NCBI RefSeq assembly: GCF_006345805.1
Contig: NC_043012.1
Span: forward strand, 13,144,001-13,208,000
Length of the DNA stretch: 64,000 bases
Source of the DNA: Octopus sinensis
Lineage: Eukaryota
Reading direction: 5' to 3'
The notes below the pieces were generated by a model. The model was not told the DNA's origin and ran no database searches. It saw nothing but the letters and a program-made list of their open reading frames with translations. The position numbers and the translations under genes are program-made. Positions 22,975-35,049 of this stretch are shown one piece after another. Each line of letters opens with the position of its first letter. The stretch's first letter is position 1.

Positions 22975-23620
22975 ATAGCACTATACTGGCGGCGCAGGAC
23001 CAAGCTCCGGCCAGGAATATGAGGGTCAACCTGAGGAAAGGGGCCGTGCCTCCGCTGTGCTGCATCCCCAATACAGTCAATGAAACCATTGCCCATATCA
23101 TGAACGAATGCCATAGACTTGCCGAAACCACTACAAGTTGTAGCGACACGACCAGGTGGAAAATTGATACATTGGAAACTGTGCGAAAAGTGGGCTACAG
23201 AGTGGCAAGACGTGGTACGAGCACAAACTTCAGAGAGTGGCAGAGTGGGAGAATAGCAAATCCCCTGGGATTTGCCAGTTCAAACTGATTAGGTGCTAGA
23301 GCATAACAGACCAAGTGGTGGTGGACAAGGTGCACCACATATGCTATATCGTTGATGTTGCATGCCTCTTTGACCCACCAATAATCAAGTAGGAAGGCGA
23401 AAAAATATAAAGATGGAACCTTCATAAGTATGACTATGGGAAATGAAGACCGTGACGATATTGCCAATCTTCGTTGCGTCTTGGAACCTTTTCAATAGTC
23501 GTTGACTACTGAAAAGGTTGCAAGAGGCAACGAAAATTATAGAAAACTAAAAAGGAAATAAGTGGAGATTTTAGCGGTGAATGTGTTAAATTATGAGTTA
23601 CCAAAAGAGAATGATTAGCC
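22975..23620 (+). pseudogene. R4/Dong LINE 3' remnant (paralog of 18290)
   Basis: Collinear with 18290-18930. Contains VNETIAHIMNEC. Confidence 0.7.
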
Positions 23621-23626
23621 AGACAC

Positions 23627-23693
<67 letters not shown>

Positions 23694-23695
23694 CA

Positions 23696-26010
23696 TGTAT
23701 GTATATGTAGACAGGTAAAATTTCACCCACAATGTGGTCCTTACCTCTTTGCTGTTGGATAAATGAATTAATTCTCAACAAAACACTTCTTTCCTCAGCT
23801 AAATATTTTCAGCTTTATACCAGGATTTTAGGAAGAATGGTAGATATTTATTTTTCTCAGATGAGATAAATAAATATGTAGCCAGGTATGGATGCAAGTA
23901 TTTTGTCAGTATATCTCTCCTCTCTCCCCCATCTCTCTCTCTCTCACACACACAGTAGTGTAGGAGAAAGAACGTTTTTTTTTCTTAAACCCACAAGATA
24001 TAGTCTGTAAATTTAGCATGTGTTTAAAAGATACAATATTTTATCATCAGAATATATATACTTTCTCACCCAACAATATATTTATTTTAAAGCGCTTCTT
24101 TGTAGAGAGAAAACTTTCATTTTTTCTCCTCCACTCACACAAAGATATGTTTGGGCGCGAAAGTTTTGTTTTAGCTTTTTCCTAAAACGCTGGTATATAG
24201 CTGTAAATGTTTGAGAGAGAAAGAGAGAGTGAGAGAGAGATAAAGAGAGAGAGAGAGAGACAGAGAGACAGAGAGACAGAGAAACGACAGAGAAAGATGG
24301 AAGAAAGAGATCAGAAACATAAAAATAAGAACGCGGCATTTGCTGAGCTGTCTCTTCACTGTAATGTTGTCCTGTACCACCTTTGCATTTAAGTACTATG
24401 CTTGCATCAATGAATTTTTTTGATGATGACGGAAAAAAATTTGAATTCTTTCGGAACCATGGTGTTCTGGCCACTACTGTGATATGTCCACGATATCGGA
24501 GTGAATGCATGAACAGAAACAACCAACATGTCTGGCGTTGTAGATATGGATACACTATCGCCAAATCGAAAAAAAAACATCGGTGTGGCTATTCTGTATC
24601 GGACTTTCATGGGTCCATTCTTCATTATTCACGCATTCCTCCGTGGAAACTCATGTTCAGCAACTTGTGTGGGCTGAAGATCACGAAAAAGTAGCGTAGC
24701 TTCACTCACAGGAACCGATCGGCGGCGAGTCAATCGAAGTCGAGATTAATGTGTTCTTGATTGTAAGCCAAAAATACGGACGGGTCGTATTCTGAGCGAA
24801 GTTTAGTTGTTTGGTGGAATAGAGCGAGTCAGTAAGCGTCGATTTGTTGTGCCTCTTATTAAGAAGCGTGAAAAAGCGACACTGGGTCCTCCGATCCAGG
24901 AATATGTTAAACCTGGCTTAGTTATTTATAGTGATACTTGGGCTGCCTATAATGATCTAAGCAGTTTGGCTTACCACCATTTTAAGTGGTAAAACATTCT
25001 GAATTTTTTTTTAGATCAAACACACACACACATACACACACAAATCATTGAACTTTGTGGAGGGACATGATAGAGTAGATAAGAAGACCAGGTATCCAGT
25101 CAAAATATTTGCCTCAATACCTGACCAGATATTTATATATCTGGCCAAGTATTGAGAAAAATACCTGACCAGAACATTCCCTCGGAGAAAAATAAATCTC
25201 TTTTACTCCACATATTTTGTCGAGAGGCAGCCCAATTATAGTCCCCCACATTTTTCGACTAAATAAGCAGAATTCCAAGGGTGCTAATGCAGATTTGCAC
25301 CTCTCCTAGAAAAATGCATTTTTCTGAAAAAAGTTTATATGGATTCCTAGGTTTTCAGAAAAATGTCTTTTCGAAGGGGAGGTTTGAATCTACTCTAGCA
25401 CTATCCCCAAATTCTCGTTATTTGAGTGGCTTCATCGAATACGATTTTCCGTCATCTTCATAAACTACATGGATGGGAAAAACAAAACTGACGTATATGA
25501 CAGGTATGTAGAACATATATATTTCTGTACTATCTGTTTATAGGTATGTCATTGAAATTGTTGTGCGTGCACACACAAACACAGAAATTCAACAGGCATT
25601 TGGCTGTTATTTTTAGAATACCGACATTTACAGTTTCAGTCAGTTTGGAGTTTTGATTGAAAATCTGAGATTTAAAAAAATGTATATTCTTAATCTGCGT
25701 ATTTTTCCACATACATTGAAAAAAAATTAATTTTGAAACGTTCAGCAGTAAATATGCAACTTTTACTCCCCCCCCCACCCTCAGACACAAAGATATGTTT
25801 ATTTCAGATCGCTTCTCTGTAGAGAAGCAACTTTATTTTCTCTCTCTCCCCACTCAAACAAAAACTAGTTCTTTTTCCTAAAACTCTCGTATAAAGCTGA
25901 AAATATTTAGTCGAGGAAAAAAGTGTTTTGTTGAGAATTAATCCATTTATTTAACGGCAAAAAGAGTAGAACTTTGTCGGTGAATTTTCACCTGTCTACA
26001 TATACATACA
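23696..26010 (+). mobile_element. Merlin (IS1595/ISXO2-like) DNA transposon with long imperfect TIRs and decayed transposase (~24383-25070)
   Basis: Transposase pieces GVLATTVICP, PIGGESIEVEI, LFGGIERVSKRRFVVP and YVKPGLVIYSDTWAAYNDL. TIR tgtatgtatatgtagacaggt...aattctcaacaaaacact...taaatattttcagctttatac at 23696-23840 is inverted at ~25860-26010. Confidence 0.8.
25281..25401. repeat. ~120-bp MITE-like hairpin inside the Merlin element
   Basis: gtgcta...agatt...cctc.cc...gaaaa...catttttctgaaaa pairs imperfectly with ttttcagaaaaatg...ttttc...ggggagg...aatct...tagcac. Confidence 0.65.
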
Positions 26011-26015
26011 CGCTA

Positions 26016-26047
<32 letters not shown>

Positions 26048-26984
26048 TGTCTACCATATATATATATTTAATAACAAACCATGTAATTCAAACTGGAAAA
26101 TTATTTCTATAAAATGTTGTGAGTGGGTAACATTTCCGAGGCTTCAACCTCACTCCGGTTTTCTGACCCAAAATGGGTTTTGTAGCCGATTAGGAGGTCA
26201 CTGAAATTAATTCGAGGAAAATAAAATGTCCAATGATTCCGGAATGGAGTATCCGTCCTCCCACCCACACACACATTTTTTTCCGAACGAAAATAAGGGA
26301 TTTGCAGCATATTAGTAGGTCAGGGTACTTGATTCCACGCAAATAATTCGAGTTTTCTTTTTTTATTTCTTAATGAAAATCGTGCGGGTGAAAGGGTCAA
26401 AATTTTACCAAGAGTAAAGTATGTTTATTGATTGACATTTCCATACTGTGTGACCATAATTTCTCGGCAAAAGTATTTGATAGGCTTAGAAATCATAAGG
26501 GTTTGGTAATTGAAATCGAAACTCTGTAGCATCTCAAGACGATTGCCAGTGATTGTAGGATCACTTGAAATGATGAAAAAAGGAACTGAAAATTATTTAA
26601 GAATGATCACTGACTTACCATCCATGCTGGAAGAGCAAGAAGAGCAAAATATTTTCTTAATTAGTACGTCACACGTATTGAGAATGACATTGTCGCTGTG
26701 AATTTTCTTTCCTTTCCCTCCCCCGTTTATTTTATTTGTTTACTTCGTTCTCATTCTAGTTTTTCCTTTTCTTTCTGTCTTCACCCTTTTCTCTATCACA
26801 CGACTTTCTAAGTGAACAAACTAGTGTGCATATTTTAATGTCCTGCCAATGTATCCAGTACGTTTCTTTACCCTAGGTGTCAGGAAGACACTCGGCAAGA
26901 AATCGAAACAGAATTAAAAGAAGTTGCTAATGAAAATGATAACAATAATAATAAACTTTTACAGCTTTATTATTCAGATTTTGG

Positions 26985-27172
26985 CTCACCACGAGTGGGA
27001 TGAATCGATTATACCGACCTCAGTGCGCAACTGGTTCCTAATTTGTCAAGCCCAAAAGGATGAAGGACAAAGTCGACATCGGTGAAATCTGAACTGAGAA
27101 CGTGGAGACGGACAAAATGTCGCTTAGCATTTTACTTGGCGTGCTATTGATTCCGCCAACTCGCTGACTTTG
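26985..27172 (-). mobile_element. CORE-type tRNA SINE, degenerate
   Basis: Minus strand ...agttggcggaatcaatagcacgcc...gttctcagttcagatttcaccgatgtcgactttgtccttcatcc... has a tRNA-like head and a CORE-like block. Confidence 0.6.
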
Positions 27173-27179
27173 TAATAAT

Positions 27180-29160
27180 TATAATACATGGATTTACCGA
27201 AGAAATTAAACATGAAATTTGGCTTAGAAAAATTTGCCAAAGCAACTGTGATAACAAGAAAACTAGTCAAGAGAAACAACATCACACTAGATAAAGCAAA
27301 TGAAATAAGAGAATTAGACGGAAGCAGACATACAAATATTCGTGAATCAATGAACTAGATACGATAAACAACGCACAAATGAAAGAGAATAGGAATACTA
27401 TAGACGAGTTAGATTAATACAGAAAACAGAGCTTAATGGGAAAAACAAGATGATACGTATCAACACTCTAGCTGTCCCAGTTATAAGTTACAACTACAAT
27501 TTTCTTAACTGGCTTCTAAATTAACTAATCAAAATAGACAAGAAAACAAGAATGGATTATTTGAGACAGATCAGAGATTTTATAACGAAATACATAGTGG
27601 AGAACGAAGTTCTTAAGATGAGAAAACTAATACAGAGCAAGCTAAAAAGTTCTGGAGTAATATTTGGGATAAACCAGTCGATCATAATGGATATGAAGTA
27701 TGGTCAAAGAAAGTGAGGGAGGAATTAGTGAGTGAGAAGCAGCCAGATCTAAGATTAACTAATGTATTAATGAGTAAAGCTTTAGAAAAAATTCCGAATT
27801 GGAATGGTTCAGGAGGAGATTTATTTCAGCGGTAGTAGCCAAAACAATTGGCAGTTAACATCGGAGGCTGAGGAAACAACTTCAGGGTTGCCTTAATGGA
27901 CGAATAATACAAGATTGGATGATTAGATGGAGGAAAATACTCACTACGATGGATAATATCAAGGGTAATACAGCTAGCAACTATAGACCAATCCCTTGCT
28001 TACCATTAGTGTGGAAGCTGTTTATAGGAATGCTTTCAGAAAGCATTTACGAGCACCTTCACAACCAGGGTTTACTGCCAGAATAACAGAAAGGTTGCAT
28101 GAAGAAAGCTAGAGTAACGCATGATCTATTACGGAGAGACGACACAGTTCTAAATGGAGTAGATACTAGAAAGAAAAAAAATCTAACAATAGCATGGATA
28201 GATAGGAAATCCTATGACATGAACCCACACTCATGGATAAGTGAATGTTTCACTATATTCAGCACAGCAGACAACATAAGAGAATTAATCAGCTTTAGCA
28301 TGAAGAAATGGAAAGTAGATATCTACTCAGGTGCTAGTCTTAAAAGGATAGTTAATAACAAAAGAGGAATTTACCAAGGGAATTGTAGTCCCCTTTAAAT
28401 TTTATGTTATATTTGATCCCCGTCAGTTTAGTATTAAGAAGCACAAATGCAGAGTATCAGTTCGGAAATAGTAAGGGGAAAATTAACCATTTGCTGTACA
28501 TGGATGATCTGAAGCTTTTTAGCAAGAATGAAAAAGTGATGGATTCATTAATACAGACTGTAAGACACTTCAGCAAAGATACTGGCATGGAATTCGGCAT
28601 AGATAAATGTCTAATATTACTCATGAGAACAGGACAGCTAATCAACAGTGAAGGTATCCAATTACCAGATGGCCAGGCATTAAAATCATTGAAAGGAGGA
28701 GAGAGTTATAAGTATCTAGTGGCATTAGAATCTGACAGAGTACTAACTACAGAAATAAAGACGAAAATTGAGGAGTACATCAGAAGGTGGGGGAGGCTAA
28801 TGAAGGTGAATCTAAATTGACTGAATCTATTGAACGCTGTGAATACTTGGGCAGTATCATTACTTAGATACTCAGAAGTTTTTGCAGAGCGGACAAAAAC
28901 TGAACTACCATAGCTAGACAGAAGAACTATGAACGAATTGATTATGAGTGGAGGACTCCACCCAAGGGCGGGAGTAGCAAAGTTATACCTACTTAGACGT
29001 GAAGGCGGAAGAGGATTAATATTAGTAGAAGACTGCGTGGAGTTGGCTAGGGTAGATATAGACTGCTACGTAGGTAATAGTCAGAGAGTCTATCAGCCGT
29101 AAGATGCATTACGAATCTATAGCAATTGGAAGGGCGTGACCCAACTGAAATCAACATTAA
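27180..29160 (+). pseudogene. R4/Dong-clade LINE reverse transcriptase remnants (frameshifted; two pieces)
   Basis: NLTIAWIDRKSYDMNPHSWI, RGIYQGNCSPL and INHLLYMDDLKLFSK...GMEFGIDKC. An upstream piece at 27180-27530 repeats the post-YMDD region. Confidence 0.9.
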
Positions 29161-29617
29161 CAACTGTGAGACGTGAGGGCTAAGGATAACTTAAAGTGTC
29201 ACCTCTGGAGTTTGCAAATGACCACTATACTGATACGTAACTGGACAGAATAAATTTACAATCTATAAATGTCTTTGAATAACGAGTCGCTCATCTGGGA
29301 AAGCCTTGAAATCAATATTACCATCTGGAGACTATGTGTGACCGAGTGATAATAAAAAGACTGAAACGAGGTCTGCAATCAAATAACTTTATTCAACACT
29401 TTGCAACTGAATCAGTGGAGGCGAAGATGCCTCTCATTTACTTGACAATTTATGCACCACATTGCAGAAATCACAATGTAAGTGTGTGCCAAAGCAAACT
29501 GTTACACTGTTGTACCATTGAATTAGAAATAATGCCCAACGTTTACGCTCGGGTAACCCTACGGCTTCCAAGAGCACAACTGTATTCGTTTTTGCTTAGA
29601 TAAAATGACAAAATTGT

Positions 29618-29843
29618 GTACAGTCGCCTCAATGTCACCCAGAGCGAGCTCTGGTCGCGATAACGTCGACTGTGGGCCGGTAGCTATTTACAGTCACCTC
29701 AATGTCGCCCAGTGCGAGCTTTGGTCGCCATAGCATCGACTGTGGGCCTGTGGCTGCGTACAGTCGCCTCAATGTTGCCCAGAGCGAGCTCTGGTCGCCA
29801 TAGCGTCGACTGTGAGCCGGTAGCTGCGTACAGTCGCCTCAAT
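29618..29843. repeat. GC-rich 70-bp minisatellite, ~3.2 copies
   Basis: cagtc(g/a)cctcaat at 29621, 29691, 29761 and 29831. Confidence 0.95.
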
Positions 29844-32800
29844 ATCGGGTCATAGTGCTAGTTTGGTATAAATTTGTTAAATTAAAAATTTGGGGTAATA
29901 AAACATACAATGACATATTAAAAAGGCGAATTAAAATTCCAGAAAAAAAATAGATAGATGATAAATATACAAATTTACAAAAATACATAAAAGTCCATCT
30001 ACGGGATGGACCAACTAATATGAAACATATCATATATTTAAAATTGACACTCCCCTCGTCAGGATGTTTTTTACACACAACACATAGTACACGGAAACAA
30101 ATGCACAATTACATACCCGCTTCATGCGAAAGACCAGACATTACGTACTCCCCAAAATTCTCATAGATACTGAATGCTACTTTATAAGCATATAATTCAA
30201 TCTAGCAGCTATAGTAAATGGTATGCGCACAGCTCCATCTGGACTAATTCACTTCTGCACTCAATTAAATTATTCATCTTTTAATTTCTCCCATTCATGC
30301 AAAGCCACATATTCGAGTTCAAGTCCTTGATTCGTTTTATACTAATTGCTATTTTTTGTTTTAATTGTTATATTACGATTTAATTACCATTTTAATAAAA
30401 TAAAATATATTTAATTACTACTTACTATATTTAATATATTTAATTCAATTGTTATTATTACCTCTAACTTTTACTGCAATTTTTATTTCTAAATTTCTTA
30501 TGGAAGGTCGAGTGGATCTTATGCGTACAATATATTTTTATATGATGTTTATATATTTATATATTACTATATATTTCCAAACGTCGGGTTTTATGTCTGT
30601 TCTGTAGGTATAAATGAATATATGAATATGTGTAAGTGTTTGATCTTTCTGTGGATTTCGTAGTGCTCTTGTAGTTGCTGCTCGCATTGCCTCCCCCTCG
30701 GATTAAAAAGTGTATACAGCTCCACTGAGCACTACTATTCCAGTCTGTTATATATTTTGAGCGTTGTTGTCACTGACTATCTCAAGATATAACTTTATAT
30801 TTTGTAATATATATATATATATATATACATCCATATACATACAATAGAGAGATGTTTTCGTTTCACTTTTAATACGTAATACTGAAATAGTGGAGGAGAT
30901 ATGATATTGCTGTGGGCTCGCTCTAGGCATGAAGTTAAACATTGTTTTTGCCCATCACACTACATGGACTCTAAGTAAGGCATGTATAAAATTTGAATGA
31001 AATTGGTTGTGTAGTTCTCAAGTGTCAGGGAAACACACACACAGACAGACAGACACACACACACACACACATTCTCAGTTTTATATATATAGATGTGACG
31101 ATTCTGCAGCTCACCGATTTGATGAGAATAGTGTCTTATTTAAACACAACAATAGTCAATTTGGAGATGAGCGGGTCAGTTGATACCATTCATCGAGTAC
31201 TTTTTCGCTCCCAATATGTAAGGTGTTGCTATATGCGAGGAGAAATTTTCGGACGTCATATGCACACAGTAGTTAATCTTATAAGTGAACAGAACCACTT
31301 GTAGAAAAATAATGTCAACTGAATTTTCTGTTGAAGTGCTAGAATTGCCGTAAGTGTGTTTTGGCAAATGAACATACCGGTGCTTTGTCGTGAATGATTC
31401 AAGTCTCAGAGGAGAGGCGATTCCCTAATCTCAGAATCTCCAGATTAATTAGGAAGTAAGCGGATGGTACATGCATGATAAATTTATAATTAGAGTGATT
31501 GTAGTAGCATATTTAAATATTAATATCTGGTGCGAGCGGTATCCCCTCAGCGAATAGCTGACTTTCATCAGTAATAGGGGAGATCTTGCTTCTTGCTTTA
31601 GTGATGTTTTGTGCTGTTGTATTGTACGGAATTTCCTAGGCCTAGACAAAATCGCATGAAGCATTAAACTATACAACAGAGAGAAAACAATACACTTATA
31701 CATATTTAACTCCAATTACCTCAGTATGCGACAACCAAAATAAAGTCATCCCAACAGAATAAGAAAATTTCATTTCGGTGGTAAAGCCTTCTATGAGGAC
31801 TTTCAGCTAAAATGGCAACATAAATTTTATGCACCCATTACTCAGTTATGGCTCCACGGACGCTGCAGTAAACGGCAGTGACCACACTCTGGCTTCGACC
31901 GATCAGCTAAGCCACTAAAACAAACCCAAGAGCTAAGCCTGAAGTTGGGAACGTTTATCCCTAATTAAACGGAACTGGGCAGAACTGAGGTTGCAAAAGA
32001 ACCAAACAACCAATGGACTTGAATTTTTGCTATTCCATTATGTGACATGCCACAAGACAGACTGAGTTAAGATACAGAAGGTGATATCGGTCAGTCATCA
32101 TGAAAAATATTGGGGACCCATCATATATTATCCCCCCAAAATGCCAAAGATGATCCAAATGATCTCTACTTGAAAGGTACCTTGGATTACTTTAGTTGAT
32201 TTTCAAAATGTCAGTCGCCATTCCTGTCCGTTTGCATTAGTCACAAGGTTCCCAGCTTCAGATCCAATGACCAGCGAATGAGATTGGACATTTTTCAGAA
32301 TATGTGAACCAAATTTCCCAAGAAATTGTGAATTACTTGTTTCTAAAATGAAGCAGCTGAACATTAAATGTATTTTTCTAACTCCTGTGAAATATGAAGA
32401 ATTGCAGTTCTGATTTTAATCATTAATACCTATAAACAGAAGCGCTGCTAAACGTGACAATTATTCTGTGTTTACACCTATATTTCACTACGTAATCATC
32501 GACATATCTAACAAACACACACACACAAAACAGAACTGCTTTTTATAGGATTTTGCTAGACGCACCAACGTGTACAGCTCAAGGTGTTAAGCCGAAAAAC
32601 CATAAGCTTATATGTATGTGGAAAGTCTGTCTGTATGTTTCTGAATTTACATGCATACACGCAGACACAAACACACACAATCATATGATACGTCGACGCG
32701 TACGAAACAGAATTTATATGTGCGTCACTCGGAGCTTCTGATTTTAACGATATTATTGAAATGAAGTGTGAAAGACGTCAATGAAAATTAACGCACTAGG

Positions 32801-32994
32801 AATACATTATAGGAAATAATTATCAATTGAAATTATTTGATAAATGCCTGATGCAAAGTGAAATAAAGTAGGGTATTATTTGAAAAGTAAATTTCAAAAT
32901 ATGTCCTGTAGAACGCATAGCATATACTTAGGAAAATGCACATATATCCAATCCCGAAATTAGTGGCCCTGTAACGAAATTTGAAACCATCACC

Positions 32995-33019
32995 TTTACT
33001 ACTACTACTGCTACTACTG

Positions 33020-33054
<35 letters not shown>

Positions 33055-33055
33055 G

Positions 33056-33089
<34 letters not shown>

Positions 33090-33190
33090 AACTACTGCTA
33101 CAACTACTACTACTACTGCCACCACCACCACCACCACCACTACTACTACTACTACTACTTCTACTACTACTACTACTACTGCTGCTGCTA

Positions 33191-33245
<55 letters not shown>

Positions 33246-33280
33246 AACTGCTACTACTACTACTACTATTATTATTATTA
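32995..33280. repeat. (TAC)n / (CAC)n / (TAT)n compound microsatellite
   Basis: Read directly. It explains the poly-Ser, poly-Leu and poly-Val ORFs. Confidence 0.98.
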
Positions 33281-33289
33281 TTCAGGCAT

Positions 33290-33870
33290 TTTATCAAGGT
33301 AGATTGAAGACACTTGTGTAACCATTCCTAGTCTCCTACTAGTTTTCAGCTTCCACATTCTTCTGTCTTTTATCGCGGAAAGCTTTTCGAATTCTCTGAG
33401 GTATATTATATTAGCTGATACTGTGAAATCTGTTAGGTATTTTGTCGATTAGTTTGATAGTTACATCAGGTCTATTATCATTTATTTTTTTCTTATAACG
33501 GATGGGTAAGTCCCACAGAATTGTTACTCTATTACCAGTTGTCACTGGTTTCGTGTAGTATTCATACCAGGAGAATGTCATAATGATCACAGATGTTCCA
33601 GAGTAGATACCACACTATTCTGTCATGTCTACTTTTGTACTCGGTTATTTCATGTCCTGAACAGCCTTCCATAATATATCGAATTGCTTTGGTATTTTTA
33701 TCACATAGTCTACCGTTTTGGGCAGCGTCATTGTAGAGAACGTTTTGTTAGGAATTTGTTGTGAATAGAGATTAATCTTGAGATACCATAATAAAACCTT
33801 CAATTACTGCTTTTAGACTTGTACAACCTAACCACTGATGACATCCTTGCATCGCAAAAGCTCTAGACAT
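33290..33870 (-). pseudogene. R4/Dong LINE C-terminal remnant
   Basis: Minus strand QNGRLCDKNTKAIRYIMEGCSGHEITEYKSRHDRIVWYLLWNICDHY, the CCHC plus RHD region of RLE-type LINEs. Confidence 0.8.
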
Positions 33871-35014
33871 GCGCAAAATTTCATCGATTATGAAAGGTTT
33901 TCTGCGACGAAGTATTGGCATGTGGTACCTAAAATTGTACCTCAATCATAAAGCCATAGGTGCATTTGCCAGCATTGCGATTCATCGGGACATATACCAA
34001 GGAGCTTCATTGTAACCATTACTTTTTTGGCTAGCACTTGTATCTATCACATGAATTGAACCATACACAATATGGATAAAAAAAAATCTTTGATAGAACC
34101 ATCTCGCACTCCTTTTATAATGATGAGCTCAACCTTCTTCCAAAAATCAATAATGCTCTCCATGGATTACAAACAACTGTGAGAAGTTTAAGTGAAAATA
34201 TAAGGCGCGGAATTTGGTTTGGATAAAGGCCCCAAAGCAACATTTAAACGGAGAAAACTCATTTCTACATTGTGCTCTACGCTAAATGGCAACACTATAT
34301 CGAAGAATTAGACGCAGATAGAGAATAAAAATTGCTAGGAATAAGTGAACGGAAAAGGATCCAACACAACAAAAATAATGAAAAATCAGGAATAGTATAG
34401 AAGATTATGGCTAATGCTGAAAAGGGAATTGAATTACCAAAATAATGTTCAAGACATGAATACACTTGCCTTCCCCTGGTACGTACAGATTATATATATT
34501 ACCGAATAAAAATATAATACCTGAAAACTTTTATTAAAATCAAATAATTTTTAATATTCAAATTTTATCCTTAGCTGCAATATTTTAAGTAAAATTTTTC
34601 TTGTTCTGTACTTTACAAGATATAATAGCTTGTCCTGAATTTTTCCAAGTGTAATAGCTTGTCCAGATTTATAATCTTAAGAATATTATTTTTTTTTGCT
34701 CACATTTTTCTATGTAATCCATGTATTTTCCAGGCTATGCTATTATGCTATTAATAATGCATCAATAATTAAGATTTTACCTTATTGAAAATTGAATAAT
34801 AAATTTAAAGTATTGTGTGTGTATGTAAAGAGAGAGAGAGAGAGAGGTGTTGTCAGAGAGACAGAGAGAGAAAGTGTGCTGCTGTGTGTGTGTGCGTGTG
34901 TGTGTGTGTGTGAGAGAGAGTGATGGCATACATTTTATTTACTTTTTCTCACATCTTTTTAGTGTGTTTGACTGAGAGAGAAAGAGGTGTGTCTTGAAGT
35001 GTGTATGTGTGTGC

Positions 35015-35049
<35 letters not shown>

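Larger units (their letters stand above)
19010..23690 (+). repeat. Tandem segmental duplication, copy 2
   Basis: Starts with the same cacgag.atcaggttagtatgattttattcaac as 8490 and ends in the same R4/Dong remnant followed by (CT)n(TA)n. Confidence 0.9.

Noticed and set aside
29618-29843. CRISPR-like periodicity
   Set aside because: No unique spacers and the context is eukaryotic; it is a minisatellite.
30045-30070. CTGACGA on the minus strand
   Set aside because: No matching helix II strand or GAAA downstream.
30930-31095. Possible non-autonomous Helitron 3' end (also ~32440-32550)
   Set aside because: General resemblance only; no hairpin-plus-CTRR terminus could be fixed.
32833-33307. Poly-Ser/Leu/Val ORFs and the many YI/HT/CV-repeat ORFs across the window
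   Set aside because: They are translations of microsatellites with no coding signal.
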